DNA of 52,534 nucleotides, filler included, from Sphacelaria rigidula (taxonomy: Eukaryota): assembly GCA_964200075.2 (NCBI GenBank). It is 4 parts of 4 records of this genome, joined end to end, with 100 filler letters (N's around TTAATTAATTAA, not from the genome) between each part and the next. Parts side by side here need not be neighbours in the genome. Positions count along the whole stretch, not along the records: positions 39,478 to 52,534 come from CAXNAA020003195.1; 3 more parts are not named here. One strand, written 5' to 3'. Below, piece by piece: positions 51,631-52,534 of the stretch; position 1 is the first letter of the stretch, and every line of letters starts with the position of its first letter. The notes under the pieces are model-generated. The model saw only the letters and a program-made list of their open reading frames with translations. It searched no databases and was not told where the DNA came from. A program made the translations under genes and the position numbers.

Positions 51631-52534
51631 TGTGAACTCCGCATAGTTCGTTGTGTGTACTAGGCAGAGGGTGCGCATCGTTTGCCCCACAAGCGCCGGT
51701 CTTCGCAGCTACCCGGACGGCCATTGGTACGCGTTATCCGTGTTGTATACCAGCCGTGGGTAATGGTGGGCTCTTCACATCCTAAACAACGTGCGTACGA
51801 CGCAAATTGGAATGCAAACGTACGAGTTGTAAGCCCGGTTTCGCGCTGCGTGGTCATTGTAAACCAACCTTCGTCTCGGGACATGCGTTCCGCAACCCAA
51901 TCCATGCTATGTGCACGTTGCTCAACTCCAGAGGAAAATGGGGACGTCTTGGAATGTGGATATAGCGTCACAGCGGCCACCCGAGTATCGGTTGGTTTGT
52001 GTTGGGGCAACTGCTGTATGGCATATATCACAGCATTCCCGACACGCTCAGCTCTTGGGACATCGACAAAATCCTGCCGTGAGTATCTGTGCAGTATCCA
52101 CAATGGCAGATAATACTGCGCACTCTGAAATCCCAACTCATCCTCACTCAGTCGCACCGAGACACATCTAGGATATACGGTATGAAGAGAAGAGTGAACG
52201 AGTTAGGTTGGCTCATATAACAGTAAAGTATGCAGTTGTAGTACGGAGGCAAACGCCGCACTAAACGACGAGAATACATTTACCTGGGGCTGCATGCGAC
52301 AATTTTTTATTCGTTTTGCGTTTTGTAGAGTTTCCTGCCCTAAATCACATTGCTTCTTCATCGCCAGTCTCCTCACCTGTTAAGCAGCGTGATAATTTCG
52401 TGCTAGATCAGGTCTGTCGAGAGAAGATTTTCGGACACGGAGCCCCCCCCCCTCCCCCCCCCCCCCCCCCCCGCCCGCCGCCTGGTGCCGCGCCCGCCCG
52501 TTGTCTCTTTTCATTGTTGGTTATTTCTTTTGAG

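Noticed and set aside
48847..52157. ORFs of 181 aa (48847-49392) and 165 aa (51660-52157)
   Set aside because: No motifs or splice support; consistent with 3' UTR or intergenic chance ORFs.

Overview
Eukaryotic, intron-rich DNA, most likely from a stramenopile such as a brown alga (inferred from long GT-AG introns, TTAGGG tracts and the TE spectrum). It is not one locus: four pieces of 13059, 13059, 13059 and 13057 bp are joined by identical 100-bp N/TTAATTAATTAA/N linkers. Piece 1 holds ELF1/ELOF1 (minus, 2 exons visible) head-to-head with a complete 4-exon prohibitin, plus the 3' end of a probable PDS5. Piece 2 holds 11 phase-consistent exons of a soluble adenylyl cyclase (ADCY10-like)/STAND gene whose P-loop core appears to be replaced by low-complexity sequence, and several MITEs. 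Piece 3 holds one class-III PLP aminotransferase exon, a decayed DIRS-order tyrosine-recombinase retroelement lacking its RT core, an 85-bp hairpin tandem array and a decayed two-ORF Penelope-like element with no visible endonuclease. Piece 4 holds the last four exons of a kinesin-14, including a GC-AG intron. No rRNA, tRNA or CRISPR array was found. All product calls come from motif recognition by eye, not database searches. The best novelty candidates are the endonuclease-less Penelope element with its 3' hairpin array and the P-loop-less cyclase; neither is a proven new system.
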